Made by a program: the position numbers and the translations under genes. Shown here piece by piece: positions 63,901 to 64,000 of a stretch of DNA of 64,000 nucleotides (its first letter is position 1; the number at the start of each line of letters is the position of its first letter). Below the pieces are notes generated by a model that was not told the DNA's origin, searched no databases, and saw only the letters and a list, made by a program, of their open reading frames with translations. Origin of the DNA: Antechinus flavipes (taxonomy: Eukaryota); assembly GCF_016432865.1 (NCBI RefSeq), contig NC_067401.1, positions 204,786,001 through 204,850,000 of the forward strand, given 5' to 3'.

Positions 63901-64000
63901 TAAACTTTTTAGTCTTATTGGACAGAAGAGCCTTCCTTGGGAGACAGTGGCACCATCCTGACTGTGGAATAAAGAAATTAATAATTTCTACTACATTTAT

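Noticed and set aside
59354-64000. Search for the TRERF1 penultimate exon
   Set aside because: No sequence encoding the expected C-x2-C half of the zinc finger was seen; it is presumably beyond the window.

Overview
Marsupial genomic DNA, most likely a dasyurid (inferred from WSINE1-type SINEs, an OC1-type hAT MITE, marsupial L1 3' ends and a DAB-type MHC class II beta sequence). Three host loci are supported, all on the minus strand. (1) A disabled MHC class II beta (DAB-like) gene fragment, exons 3-6, at 4322-5836; exons 1-2 were not found. (2) A complete 7-exon MRPS10 gene, CDS 26798-38622 (609 nt, 202 aa), with a CpG-rich promoter. (3) The terminal coding exon (59035-59353) and long 3' UTR of TRERF1. 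The rest is mostly transposable elements: L1, L2, CR1/L3, RTE, CORE-SINEs, several solo LTRs, a probable decayed ERV internal region and hAT elements. The most notable observation is that an MHC class II beta remnant, bracketed by two homologous ERV-like blocks, lies where GUCA1B sits next to MRPS10 in human, suggesting a synteny break or class II dispersal. Other points of interest: a candidate L1 3' transduction inside an 18-bp target-site duplication (TSD), an inverted pair of young L1s in MRPS10 intron 1, and a MITE of a family reported as horizontally transferred. All comparisons with other species are from memory and all identities are estimated by eye. Exon boundaries were worked out by hand from splice sites and phase; repeat boundaries are approximate. 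I see no clear evidence of a wholly new biological system.
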